Below are positions 9,644 through 17,910 of a stretch of DNA of 64,000 bases, piece by piece. Every line of letters starts with the position of its first letter. The first letter of the stretch is position 1. Below the pieces are notes generated by a model that was not told the DNA's origin, did not search any database, and worked only from the letters and a program-made list of their open reading frames with translations. Location of the stretch: NCBI GenBank assembly GCA_965203905.1, contig CBDBDQ010000005.1, positions 7,712,001-7,776,000 of the forward strand, read 5' to 3'. The DNA comes from Spirochaetia bacterium (GTDB taxonomy: Bacteria > Spirochaetota > Spirochaetia > SZUA-6 > Bin103). The translations under genes were made by a program, and so were the position numbers.

Positions 9644-10696
9644 TTACGCCCGCCGCAGCTGCACGTTCGCAACCGCCAGCAGCGACTCGACGCAGTCGCG
9701 CAGCGACTCATCGAACGGCCGAAACTCGACGCCGGTGACGGCGCGAACGCGGTCGTTGCGCAGGTCGCAGCCGGCCCAGATCGCTCGCAGCTCCGCCTCC
9801 CGCGCCTTCGTTTCCTCAGACTGTTTGTCGGCGACCGAAGCTTCGGTGCGCCCCAGCTCCGGCAGCAGCTGGCCGATTCGGCGGTCGATCGCTTCCACCT
9901 TGTGCATCTCGGCTGCCCAGGCCAGGTAGCGCTCGCCGCTGCGCACCTGCACGCTCTCGAGCAGGCCGATGTGGCAGTCGGCGGTGTCGCGCACGTCGAC
10001 CGGCATCCACGGCCGATAATCCTCGGTCTGCGGATACTCACCCAACAGCATCATCTCGATACGGTGCTGCCACGGCCCCATGTCCTTCTGGTGCGCGGAC
10101 TGTATCGGGCCGACGTTGTCGGCGGGCAGGCACGCGATCGACTCCCATCTGCCGCTGCGCTCGGCGGCCTGGGCGAACGAGCGCTCGGCGATGAGCTTGC
10201 CCATCGCGTAGCCGGCGCGCTTGGCCGTCCAGTCGGGTTGCTGCTCGTTCGGGTAGCGGTCCTCGTAGAGTACCGGACGCGGCGCCAGCTCCCGCCGGTC
10301 CACCTCGGCCGACACGGCGGCCAGGCTGGAGGTGACAATCACCCGGCCAACGCTCCCGGACTTGTCGATGCTGGCGATGGTGTGATCGCACACCATCCGG
10401 ACGTAGTCCATATCGTCGTACTTGCTGACGTGCGACACGTGACACACGCCGTAGCAGCCGGCAAAGGCCTGGTCGAAACAGCCAGGCTGGTCTAAGTCGG
10501 CGCTGTGGATTGAGAGTCGGCCCGACGCGTAGCCGGGCATCTGTCGCAGGAAGGTAGTGCGAGTCGAGTCATCGGAGTCGCGCACGCAGGCGCGCACGCG
10601 GTACCCCTTGTCCAGCAGCCGCCGCACCACCCAGCCGCCGATGAAGCCGGCAGCGCCGGTAACTGCGACGGTGCCGCCCTTCTGTACTGGTGCCAT
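9644..10696 (-). CDS. NAD-dependent epimerase/dehydratase (dihydroflavonol-reductase-like extended SDR)
   Basis: MAPVQKGGTVAVTGAAGFIG, YAMGK (YxxxK) and VDVRDTA motifs. Confidence 0.92.
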   Translation of the reverse strand: MAPVQKGGTVAVTGAAGFIGGWVVRRLLDKGYRVRACVRDSDDSTRTTFLRQMPGYASGRLSIHSADLDQPGCFDQAFAGCYGVCHVSHVSKYDDMDYVRMVCDHTIASIDKSGSVGRVIVTSSLAAVSAEVDRRELAPRPVLYEDRYPNEQQPDWTAKRAGYAMGKLIAERSFAQAAERSGRWESIACLPADNVGPIQSAHQKDMGPWQHRIEMMLLGEYPQTEDYRPWMPVDVRDTADCHIGLLESVQVRSGERYLAWAAEMHKVEAIDRRIGQLLPELGRTEASVADKQSEETKAREAELRAIWAGCDLRNDRVRAVTGVEFRPFDESLRDCVESLLAVANVQLRRA

Positions 10697-10931
10697 TTGA
10701 TCCGGAGCGTATCCGACCCGATCTGGTCGATCAAGTCCGCCAGGGCGTGGCGCCTCGCACAGGGCGCGCGGCCCAACCGCCCAACCTCTTGCATGCCTCG
10801 AGCAAACGGAGTAGTTGTGTGCTATCCAGTCGTGACCATCAAGACCAACGGAACTCAGCGGCGCGCCCGCGACATCAGCACAATGGTGATACCTGCGATC
10901 CGGCAAAAGGGCCCATTGGCCGATTCGGAAC

Positions 10932-10983
10932 GTGTCCCAAGGCCCCTTCGACACGGCAAATGAGATCGTCAGTAGGGATAGGC
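10932..10983 (+). repeat. 52-bp repeat, copy 2
   Basis: 49/52 identical to 6953-7004. Abuts the TA promoter region. Confidence 0.9.
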
Positions 10984-11014
10984 GTGTAAGCACACATACG
11001 CTTATGATGGATGT

Positions 11015-11239
11015 ATGAGTACAACTCGATGGTCGCTGGTGGTCTCCGAAGCAACTGACCGCGCCCTGCGTACCTTCCTTGCGAGTCGGGGACTGAAGAA
11101 AGGGCATCTCTCGCAGTTTGTTGAGGACGCCGTGAGAGAAAAGCTGTTCGATCTGACCGTCGCAGAAGTCAAAGAGCGAAACGCGGGACAAACCGATGCT
11201 GTCATGCAGGCCGTCGAGGAGGCTCTCGAGCGAGCCTGA
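11015..11239 (+). CDS. Ribbon-helix-helix antitoxin-like protein
   Basis: 74 aa, RWSLVVSEATDRALRTFLA..LSQFVEDAV. Upstream palindrome TAAGC-N8-GCTTA overlaps a TATGAT box. Precedes a PIN gene. Confidence 0.8.
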   Translation: MSTTRWSLVVSEATDRALRTFLASRGLKKGHLSQFVEDAVREKLFDLTVAEVKERNAGQTDAVMQAVEEALERA

Positions 11240-11242
11240 GGC

Positions 11243-11652
11243 GTGCGTGTTGTGCTCGACACCGGAATCCTCGTTGCCGCTCTGATCACACGGACACACC
11301 CCCAGACCAACTGTACCAGCTGTGGCGCAAGCGACGGTTCACGCTGATCACGTCCGAGCCGCAGTTAAGCGAGTTCCGGCGCGTCACTCGTTACCCGAAG
11401 CTGCGTCGGTTTCTGAAGGCTCACGAAGCGGGGACCCTCCTGCGCGGGGTGCGTGCGCGAGCTGTTGTTGTCCCAGGGCTGCCACAGATCGATCTTGTCG
11501 ACGACCCCGACGACAATCTCGTGCTTGCCACCGCTCTCGCCGGCGAGGCTGACTATCTGGTCACCGGAGATCGGCGTCACCTACTGCACCTGAAGAAGGT
11601 GCAGCACACGAGGATCTTGACGGCACGTGAGCTCACAGAGTTGCTCAACTGA
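11243..11652 (+). CDS. PIN-domain toxin (PIN_3-like), frameshifted near 11295
   Basis: VRVVLDTGILVAALI ... DPDDNLVLATALAGEADYLVTGD. Confidence 0.85.
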
Positions 11653-11778
11653 CCGTTCCCGACGAACGGGACCGGCCGATGGCCATACCAAGTTCTCGAT
11701 CCCATCCCTGGTGTTGCGTTGCGCGCCCCGAGCCGAAGTTCGTTGCAGGATAGATGGCACGGAGTGTGGGCGGTGGGT

Positions 11779-11826
11779 GTTCCGTTCCGAGCGTGTCCCT
11801 GGAGCGGAACGCGGGAACGGCGGAAC
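11779..11826. repeat. Converging GTTCC/GGAAC pentamer cluster (ori/iteron-like)
   Basis: GTTCCGTTCCG followed by CGGAAC, GGGAAC and CGGAAC, just downstream of the AAA_25 gene. Confidence 0.55.
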
Positions 11827-11860
11827 GGTGGGCGGATGAGAGCGAGTAGGCCGTTGGGAG

Positions 11861-12796
11861 TCAGGCCGGCAGGTGCCAGCCGGCGGGACCGCGGACGGCG
11901 AGACCGCGTTGCTGGAGAGATTGGAGGGCGAGACCGAGACGAGCGTTGTTGACGCGCAGGCGTTGGCGGAGGGCGGTCCTGGAGAGCGGCTGGCCGGCGG
12001 TGCGAAGAGCGGCGCGCACGGCCTCGGTGAGCGGGGGCGGCGGAGCGGCGGCACCGTCGACGATCAGCGAGAGGGGCTGGTGGGCGCCGCCTGAGAGGCG
12101 CAGCAGGAGGGGATCGGGAGCGGGAGCGGCGCGGTGTTCGACGGTGAGTTGGAGCCGGTCGTCGGCCCGCCGCACGAGGTAGCATGCGGAGTCGGTCCAG
12201 GCATGCAGATCGGAGGAGCCGCGCAGGGACTGGCCGAGATTGCGGCGCGAACGCTTGGCCATGTGGTGGACGAGGACGACCGCGAGCTGATGGCGGCGAT
12301 TGATGGCGCGCAGAAAGCCGAGCAGGGAAGAAATGTCTGAAGCGCTGTTTTCGTCGAGGGAATGAAGGCGGACCAGGGGGTCCAGCAACAGCAGCGCCGG
12401 GCGGATGCGTTGCACGGTGTGGTCGAGAGCGAGCCGGTCGCGCTCGGTGTCGAGGCGCAGCCGGTCGGCCGTGACGACGTGCAGGTCGAGGCGGGACAGG
12501 TCGAGGCCGCGGTGGCGGCACAGGTGGGCGACGCGGTCGCGGACGCGCGGCAGAGCATCCTCGGCAAGATAGACCAGGGCGGGTCCGGTGGCGTCGACCG
12601 GGAACCGCCCGAGGGCGGGAGTGCCGGACGCGACCGAGACGGCGAGATCAAGACCGAGCCATGACTTGCCAACCTTGGGGCTGCCGCCAATCACGCCGAC
12701 AGCGGCGGTGGTCCAGAGGTCGCGCACCAGCCACTGGGGAGTGTCTGGTTGGGGATCGATGGCATGGACCGGAACGGTGGGCAGGGGACCGGTCAT
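11861..12796 (-). CDS. AAA_25 / RepA-like RecA-family ATPase (putative helicase) with C-terminal HTH-like tail
   Basis: PQWLV, GGSPKVGKS, YLAED, LLLLDPL, LVHH and LRGSSDL motifs. ATGA overlap with the upstream gene. Confidence 0.88.
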   Translation of the reverse strand: MTGPLPTVPVHAIDPQPDTPQWLVRDLWTTAAVGVIGGSPKVGKSWLGLDLAVSVASGTPALGRFPVDATGPALVYLAEDALPRVRDRVAHLCRHRGLDLSRLDLHVVTADRLRLDTERDRLALDHTVQRIRPALLLLDPLVRLHSLDENSASDISSLLGFLRAINRRHQLAVVLVHHMAKRSRRNLGQSLRGSSDLHAWTDSACYLVRRADDRLQLTVEHRAAPAPDPLLLRLSGGAHQPLSLIVDGAAAPPPPLTEAVRAALRTAGQPLSRTALRQRLRVNNARLGLALQSLQQRGLAVRGPAGWHLPA

Positions 12797-13596
12797 GGCC
12801 ACAGCGACTTGCGAGCGGCGATCACGTCGCCGGCGCTGACGGTGGAGTGGGACGACTTGGCGGCGCGTTGCAGGGCGGCCAGGGCGAGGCGGTCGATGGC
12901 GCGCAGGTTGCCGCGGCTCATTTCGAAGATGGTTTGCTGAGCGTCGCCGTCGAAGGGATTGGTGCGCGCGCCGGCGAGGGTGCAGCGATGTTCGAGGTAG
13001 GCGCAGGTTTCGTCACGGGACAGGAGGCGCAACTCGGCGTAATGCGCGAGGCGGTGCGCGATGGCGGCTTGCTCGGGACGCCGCAGGAGCTGTCTGAGAG
13101 CAGGCTGGCCGGCGAGCACGAGGGACACGACGAGGCGACTGTCCATTTCGAAGTTCGTGAGGACGCGCAACATGGCCAACGATTCGGGGCGCAGGTCATG
13201 TGCTTCGTCGAGCAGGATAACCGGGCGCATGCCGTCGCTGGCGGTGTGATCGAAAGCGCCCTGCAACTTGCGCACGAGGGCGGGATAGATGCCGGTGGGA
13301 GAGAGGCCGCAGGCGACGGCGATCTCCTTGCACAGGTCACGCTTGGAGAGGCCGGTGACCTTGACGTAGTGGACGCTGAAGCGCACCTCCGGGAGAGCGG
13401 CGACGAGCATGCGCAAGGCGACGGTCTTGCCGGTGCCGGCGGGAGCGATGAGTGCGGCGCTCATGCGCTCCTGGACGGCCTCGGTGAGAGCGGCGGCGAC
13501 CTGGGCCTGAGGTTCGAGCGGGAAGCACTCGCGCACCTGCAACTCGCGGGTAAAGGGGGTCTTGCGAAAGCCCAGTGTGCTGAGGTCGTGGCTCAT
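12793..13596 (-). CDS. ExeA-like AAA+ ATPase (transposition helper, MuB/TnsC-like role)
   Basis: GFRKTPF, APAGTGKT, ILLDEAH, LTNFEMDS, LAGQP and SRGNLRAID motifs. Confidence 0.9.
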   Translation of the reverse strand: MSHDLSTLGFRKTPFTRELQVRECFPLEPQAQVAAALTEAVQERMSAALIAPAGTGKTVALRMLVAALPEVRFSVHYVKVTGLSKRDLCKEIAVACGLSPTGIYPALVRKLQGAFDHTASDGMRPVILLDEAHDLRPESLAMLRVLTNFEMDSRLVVSLVLAGQPALRQLLRRPEQAAIAHRLAHYAELRLLSRDETCAYLEHRCTLAGARTNPFDGDAQQTIFEMSRGNLRAIDRLALAALQRAAKSSHSTVSAGDVIAARKSLWP

Positions 13597-14990
13597 GGCT
13601 GCTGCTCCTGGTCGTGGCGGTCGTCGTGCGGGTCGCTATAGCCGCCGTCGGGATCGACCAGCGGGCGGGTGTCGTTGGCGTAGGCGATGCCGGCCGCGGT
13701 GGCGGGGAGTTCCTCGCCGTCGTCGTCGTCAGTCGGTTGCGGCGCGCTGCCGGAGCCGCGCGGTGAGGTCGCGTTGGCATGCGGGTCCACCTCGGCCAGT
13801 TCGATCATGCGGCCCTGGTGCAGCACCCACAGGCGCCCGTCGAGCACGTGGCGCGCCACCTCGACCCAACTGCGGGCGCTGCGGAGCGGTGCTTCCCACA
13901 ACCGACCGCCGGCCTTGATGACGTGATCGTTGGAGACCTTGTGCAGGGCGCGCACCACGAAGCGGCGGTACAGGTCGGCGTCGTCGGTCGGGAAGCGCAG
14001 CTCGCGTCCCTGCTCCCAGCGCTGGCGCGGGGTGATCTCCTTGCCCAGAGTCTCGTGCGGGGTGTCGTTGTAGCGGTTCAGGAAGTGGCGCAGGCGCAGT
14101 GTGAGTGCCTGGCAGGCGGGGTCCACGTCGGCGGCGCCGTCGAGGGCACGCAGCGCCTAGTCGTAAGCGGTGCGGTGGAAGCGCTCGACGGCGCCGTGGC
14201 CCTCGGGATACCTGCTGGCGCCGTGGATCAGCAAGGCGCCCAGGCCGCCCTGGACCACCGCCAGGGTGTCCTTGGAGATGAAGCCCGGTCCCTTGTCCAG
14301 GTAGTACAGGTCCGCGCTACCGTGCCGCATGACCGCTTCGTGGAGGCCGCGCAGGAACAGTTCGCTGGACTCCGCGGTGCCCACCACCACCTCGAGGCCG
14401 TAGCGGGTGGCATCGTCGAGGAAGAACAGCGCGACCCGGCGCAGCCGCGCCGCGCCGGCGCGGAAGTGCTTGCCGTCGGCGAGCACGCACTGCATACGCT
14501 CGGCGTAGCGCCAGCGCCGGGTGTCGCCGTCACGCTTGTGCGGTCGCACGCGCGTCGGCAAACCCATCCGCCGGCAGGCGCGCCACACCGTGGTGCGATC
14601 GATCTTCAGGTCGACCGGGATGATGCCGCGCTCGCGCGCCCGGCGCACCATCTCCGGTACCGAGGCGCGCGCATCACGCTGCTTCTCGGTGCGCACAAAG
14701 GTGACCAGCTTGGAGCTCAGCGCCAGGGAAGTCGCGATGCGGGTGCGCGGCTGCGGCTCCAGGGCAGCCAGGCCGCCGGCGGCCCAGGCAGCACGCCAGC
14801 GTTGCAAGGTGCGTACGCTGACCCGCAGCGGGCGACCGTTCAGGTCCACGCGGTCGCGACCGGCAACGTGCCGTACCGCGGCTCCCGCGGGGTATCCGCG
14901 CAACACCAGGGCCTCCACCTCGGCGACTGCCAGGGAGCGCACCAGCGCGGTCGCCGAGGCCGGTAACGGGGGACGCGTCGAGTCATTCAT
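13593..14990 (-). pseudogene. DDE transposase/integrase (Mu/IS481/TnsB-like) with one in-frame TAG
   Basis: HTH SVRTLQRW; catalytic ADGKH, LDKGPGF and GAVERFH; then TAG at 14157-14159 and the same frame continues (YNDTPH..TPRQRW). Confidence 0.88.
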
Positions 14991-15844
14991 GCGCCTACCG
15001 TAGCGCCGCCCGAGGCTGCTCGAACGGGCGCTTTCGTGGCCGGCGGCGCCCGTCCCCGAGGGCTGCCGGCCATCTCCTTCTCCCGCGCTTCGGAACGACC
15101 CGTCGCGGTAACGATCCAGCTCTTGCCGGCCTGCTCCCAGCGCGCCACCAGCCGCGGGCGCGGTGGCCCCCACAGATCGCTGACCGCACCCGCCGCTCCC
15201 ATGCGGTCCCCCAGCGTGGCGCTCACCGCCAGCGCCACCAGCACCGCCACGATCGCGGCTCCGCGGCTCTGCCAACTGCGCTCCCAACTGCGTGCTCCCG
15301 CGAGCACCGTCATGGTCGCCACTCCCAGCCGCGTCGCGATCTGCTCTCGCTCCCGCTCCTCCAGTTCCGGGCTCACCCCGGTCAGCCGTCCGGCCATCTC
15401 CAACCGCCGCTCCTGGGTACGCCGGCATGGCGTACTCGACGACCGCCACCAGTGCAACTCCGATGGCCACCCCTTCTCCTGCTCCGCATCCTGCGCTGCC
15501 CTGAACAGCGTCGCCTGCCACTGCGGTTGGCTGCTGTCAGCGTCGAGCAACAGCTCGCCGTCTGTGCTGTACCGCACCACAGCCACCCGTCCGTACGGGT
15601 AATGTCCCGGCGGATACAGCGTGTAGCGCCGCCCCCCATGCTCCCGGCACCCCACCACCGCTATCGGGTAGCACGGTCCGCTCTTGCGCTCTCGGTAATG
15701 ATCGACGAAGATGGCACACGTCTGCTCCCCCGTGGCGTAGACGCATCGTGTCGGCAGCACGGCGTGTAAGGCTCCGTCCTTATCCGTCTCGTAGCTCGTC
15801 GTCGCGTACGGGAGCGCGTGTGCCTCGGTTCCACCCTCGGACAC
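14987..15844 (-). CDS. Hypothetical Cys/His-containing protein, first gene of the transposon operon
   Basis: 285 aa; TGA overlaps the transposase ATG. PTRC..TC and CREH..YTLYPPG motifs. Lies inside the TIRs. Confidence 0.7.
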   Translation of the reverse strand: MSEGGTEAHALPYATTSYETDKDGALHAVLPTRCVYATGEQTCAIFVDHYRERKSGPCYPIAVVGCREHGGRRYTLYPPGHYPYGRVAVVRYSTDGELLLDADSSQPQWQATLFRAAQDAEQEKGWPSELHWWRSSSTPCRRTQERRLEMAGRLTGVSPELEEREREQIATRLGVATMTVLAGARSWERSWQSRGAAIVAVLVALAVSATLGDRMGAAGAVSDLWGPPRPRLVARWEQAGKSWIVTATGRSEAREKEMAGSPRGRAPPATKAPVRAASGGATVGA

Positions 15845-15949
15845 TCGCTGCCTCTCGTGTGCCTCGACTCGCGGTCACCCGCCCGCCGAGGCTGCAAAAA
15901 AGTGAAGCCCGCAGCATTCACCTGCTGCGGGCTCCTTAGAAACACATAG

Positions 15950-17335
15950 TCAGGCGGCGTGAGGTACGAGATCGAAGCCGAGAGAACGGGCTTGGTTGCG
16001 CAGGTTGCGCTCACGGCGTTTGCGATCCTGGCAGTGCTGTTGCGAGAGCAGGTCGTCGTCGTAGAGGACATGGTGCGTGACGAGGTGGTAGATGATGCGA
16101 GCCATCTTGTGGGCGGTGGCGGTGATTGCCTGTGGAGTGCCGAGGCGGGCACGCTTGCGGCGAAAGTGATCTCCGAGCGAGGAGTGGCTCCGATACAGCG
16201 TTTGGGTTGCGATGCGGAGCGCCTGAGCGGCGCGATTGGTGCCGGGTCCGGTCTTCGAACTGATGATCTTGCCGCCGGTGATCTTGTTGTGGGGGCAGAG
16301 ATTCAACCAGGAAGCAAAGTGCGCGGCGTCGGGAAAGCGTGACAGATCGGCGCCGATTTCGGTAAACAAGGTAAGGGCAGTGCTCTCGCCGATGCCGGGA
16401 ATAAGGGTCAGGTCGGTACCGAACAGGCGCGTGAGGTGGCGGCTCAGCACGAACCGTTCAGACGTACTCGGGGAGCTGGGAGCCTCACCTTCGCCGGGAA
16501 CCGCGCTGCGGTCGGCGCCGGAGGGAACGTCAGGCGGCACATTCGGGTCCGTCTCCAGGGTGCCGATCATGGTCTTGATCTGCTGATCGCAGGTATCGAT
16601 GAGCTGCTGGTAGTGCGCATAGGTCAGCCGCGCTTGCTGCAGGGTAAACAGATGCTCGGGACGCCAGTCACCTTGCAGTGCCTTGATCAACGTCTCGCGG
16701 CTGGCTCTGATCCCGCGATGGGCCAGCGCGGCCAATCGTGCTGGAGCCCGTTCCCCGCCCAGGATGGCGTCGGTGATGGCCATGCCGGTCACCCCGGTCA
16801 GATCAGAGATCGCATGGTGCAAATGGATGTTCATCTGATCGTAGGATTTCTGCATATGCAGCACGCTCCGCGATGCCGCCTTCACCAGGGTGTCGCGATG
16901 GCGCAGCAGCGTGCGCAGCGCGCACACCTCGTCGGGCGGGCGGAAGGAGCCGCTCAGCAGTCCCACCGAATGTAGATGACGCAGCCATTCGCAGTCGGCT
17001 ACGTCGCTCTTGCGACCGGGCACCGAGCGCACATGACGGGCGTTGACCAGTACCACGTCGAAGCCACGAGCTTCCAGGATCTGGAGCACGGGTATCCAGT
17101 AGACGCCGGTAGACTCCATAGCGACCGTGGTTACCCGGCACTCGCTGAGCCAGTCGGCCAACGCGTGCAGGTCGCTGGTGAACGTGGGGAAATTACGGAT
17201 CGGCACCGCGGCGCGATCTTCGCGTACTGCGGCGTACACCGCGGTGGCGCCTATATCCACACCTGCGGCGTCGGGATGGACCTGGTTCGGCTGCGCCGGG
17301 CGTTTGCCGTTGCGTCGCCTCTTACGTCGTGCCAT
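15950..17335 (-). CDS. IS110 DEDD recombinase/transposase
   Basis: GVDIG, AMESTGVYW, GRKSDVAD, IPGIG and FASWLNLCP..KITGG motifs. Confidence 0.97.
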   Translation of the reverse strand: MARRKRRRNGKRPAQPNQVHPDAAGVDIGATAVYAAVREDRAAVPIRNFPTFTSDLHALADWLSECRVTTVAMESTGVYWIPVLQILEARGFDVVLVNARHVRSVPGRKSDVADCEWLRHLHSVGLLSGSFRPPDEVCALRTLLRHRDTLVKAASRSVLHMQKSYDQMNIHLHHAISDLTGVTGMAITDAILGGERAPARLAALAHRGIRASRETLIKALQGDWRPEHLFTLQQARLTYAHYQQLIDTCDQQIKTMIGTLETDPNVPPDVPSGADRSAVPGEGEAPSSPSTSERFVLSRHLTRLFGTDLTLIPGIGESTALTLFTEIGADLSRFPDAAHFASWLNLCPHNKITGGKIISSKTGPGTNRAAQALRIATQTLYRSHSSLGDHFRRKRARLGTPQAITATAHKMARIIYHLVTHHVLYDDDLLSQQHCQDRKRRERNLRNQARSLGFDLVPHAA

Positions 17336-17344
17336 GAAAAGCCT

Positions 17345-17600
17345 CCACTATGCACCAAGTGCAGCGGCCGAGGCGTGAACAAGAGGCATTCTCCTTACCG
17401 GGATGGCCGTCGCCGACAGTGCCGGTGCCGACCTCACCAATGACTACGCCACCTGCCTCGGGACCAAGCTTCACAACGGGTTCGCCACAGCGGGCGGTCA
17501 CACCAATGTTCGCGCGGCCTACTTTCGCGCCCCACTCGGTGAAATATCGCCCCCAGTATATCTCGCTCCCGTTTCTTCCATGATCACTCCGGACCGTCAG
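17345..17600 (-). ncRNA. Putative IS110 bridge/seek RNA in the upstream non-coding end
   Basis: Contains TGTGAAG (matches target flank) and TAAGGAG (matches donor end), each within a repeated CATTGGTG...CCCG frame. RNA boundaries are approximate. Confidence 0.7.
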
Positions 17601-17910
17601 GCCCGGTAGGATAGCTTCACACTTTACGCCCCCGTCGCTTCTCCGCCTACGCCATCGTCACCGCAACCGGTACTCCCTCACCCCGCCCTTGGGCGCGCAA
17701 CGCAATACCTGGCCTTACACCAGGCGGCGACTTGGCCCAACTCGAACGCCCCGTGCATCGGCTTCGCTGACCGGCCAGGTCACGCCCATCCTGCGCACGC
17801 CGCTCAGAAAGTGAGCCATTTGCCGCTTAGAAATTGACCCACCCCCGGCAGGCGAACCCTCCGGGTGATAGTTTGGTGTTGCTGAACATCAAACTGAACC
17901 GGAGAGAAGG

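Larger units (their letters stand above)
15934..17616 (-). mobile_element. IS110-family element
   Basis: Shared core GCT at 15931-15933 and 17614-17616. Removing the element restores palindrome GTGAAGCCCGCAGCA-TTCACC-TGCTGCGGGCTTCAC. No TIRs. Confidence 0.88.
11712..17707 (-). mobile_element. Four-gene DDE/AAA transposon with nested IS110
   Basis: TIRs TGTTGCGTTGCGCGCCC (11712-11728) and GGGCGCGCAACGCAATA (17691-17707), 16/17 match. CCTGG duplicated at 11707-11711 and 17708-17712. Confidence 0.88.

Noticed and set aside
10697-11299. 200-aa N-terminal extension of the epimerase ORF
   Set aside because: It overlaps the antitoxin gene and the repeat. The Rossmann motif indicates a start at 10696.
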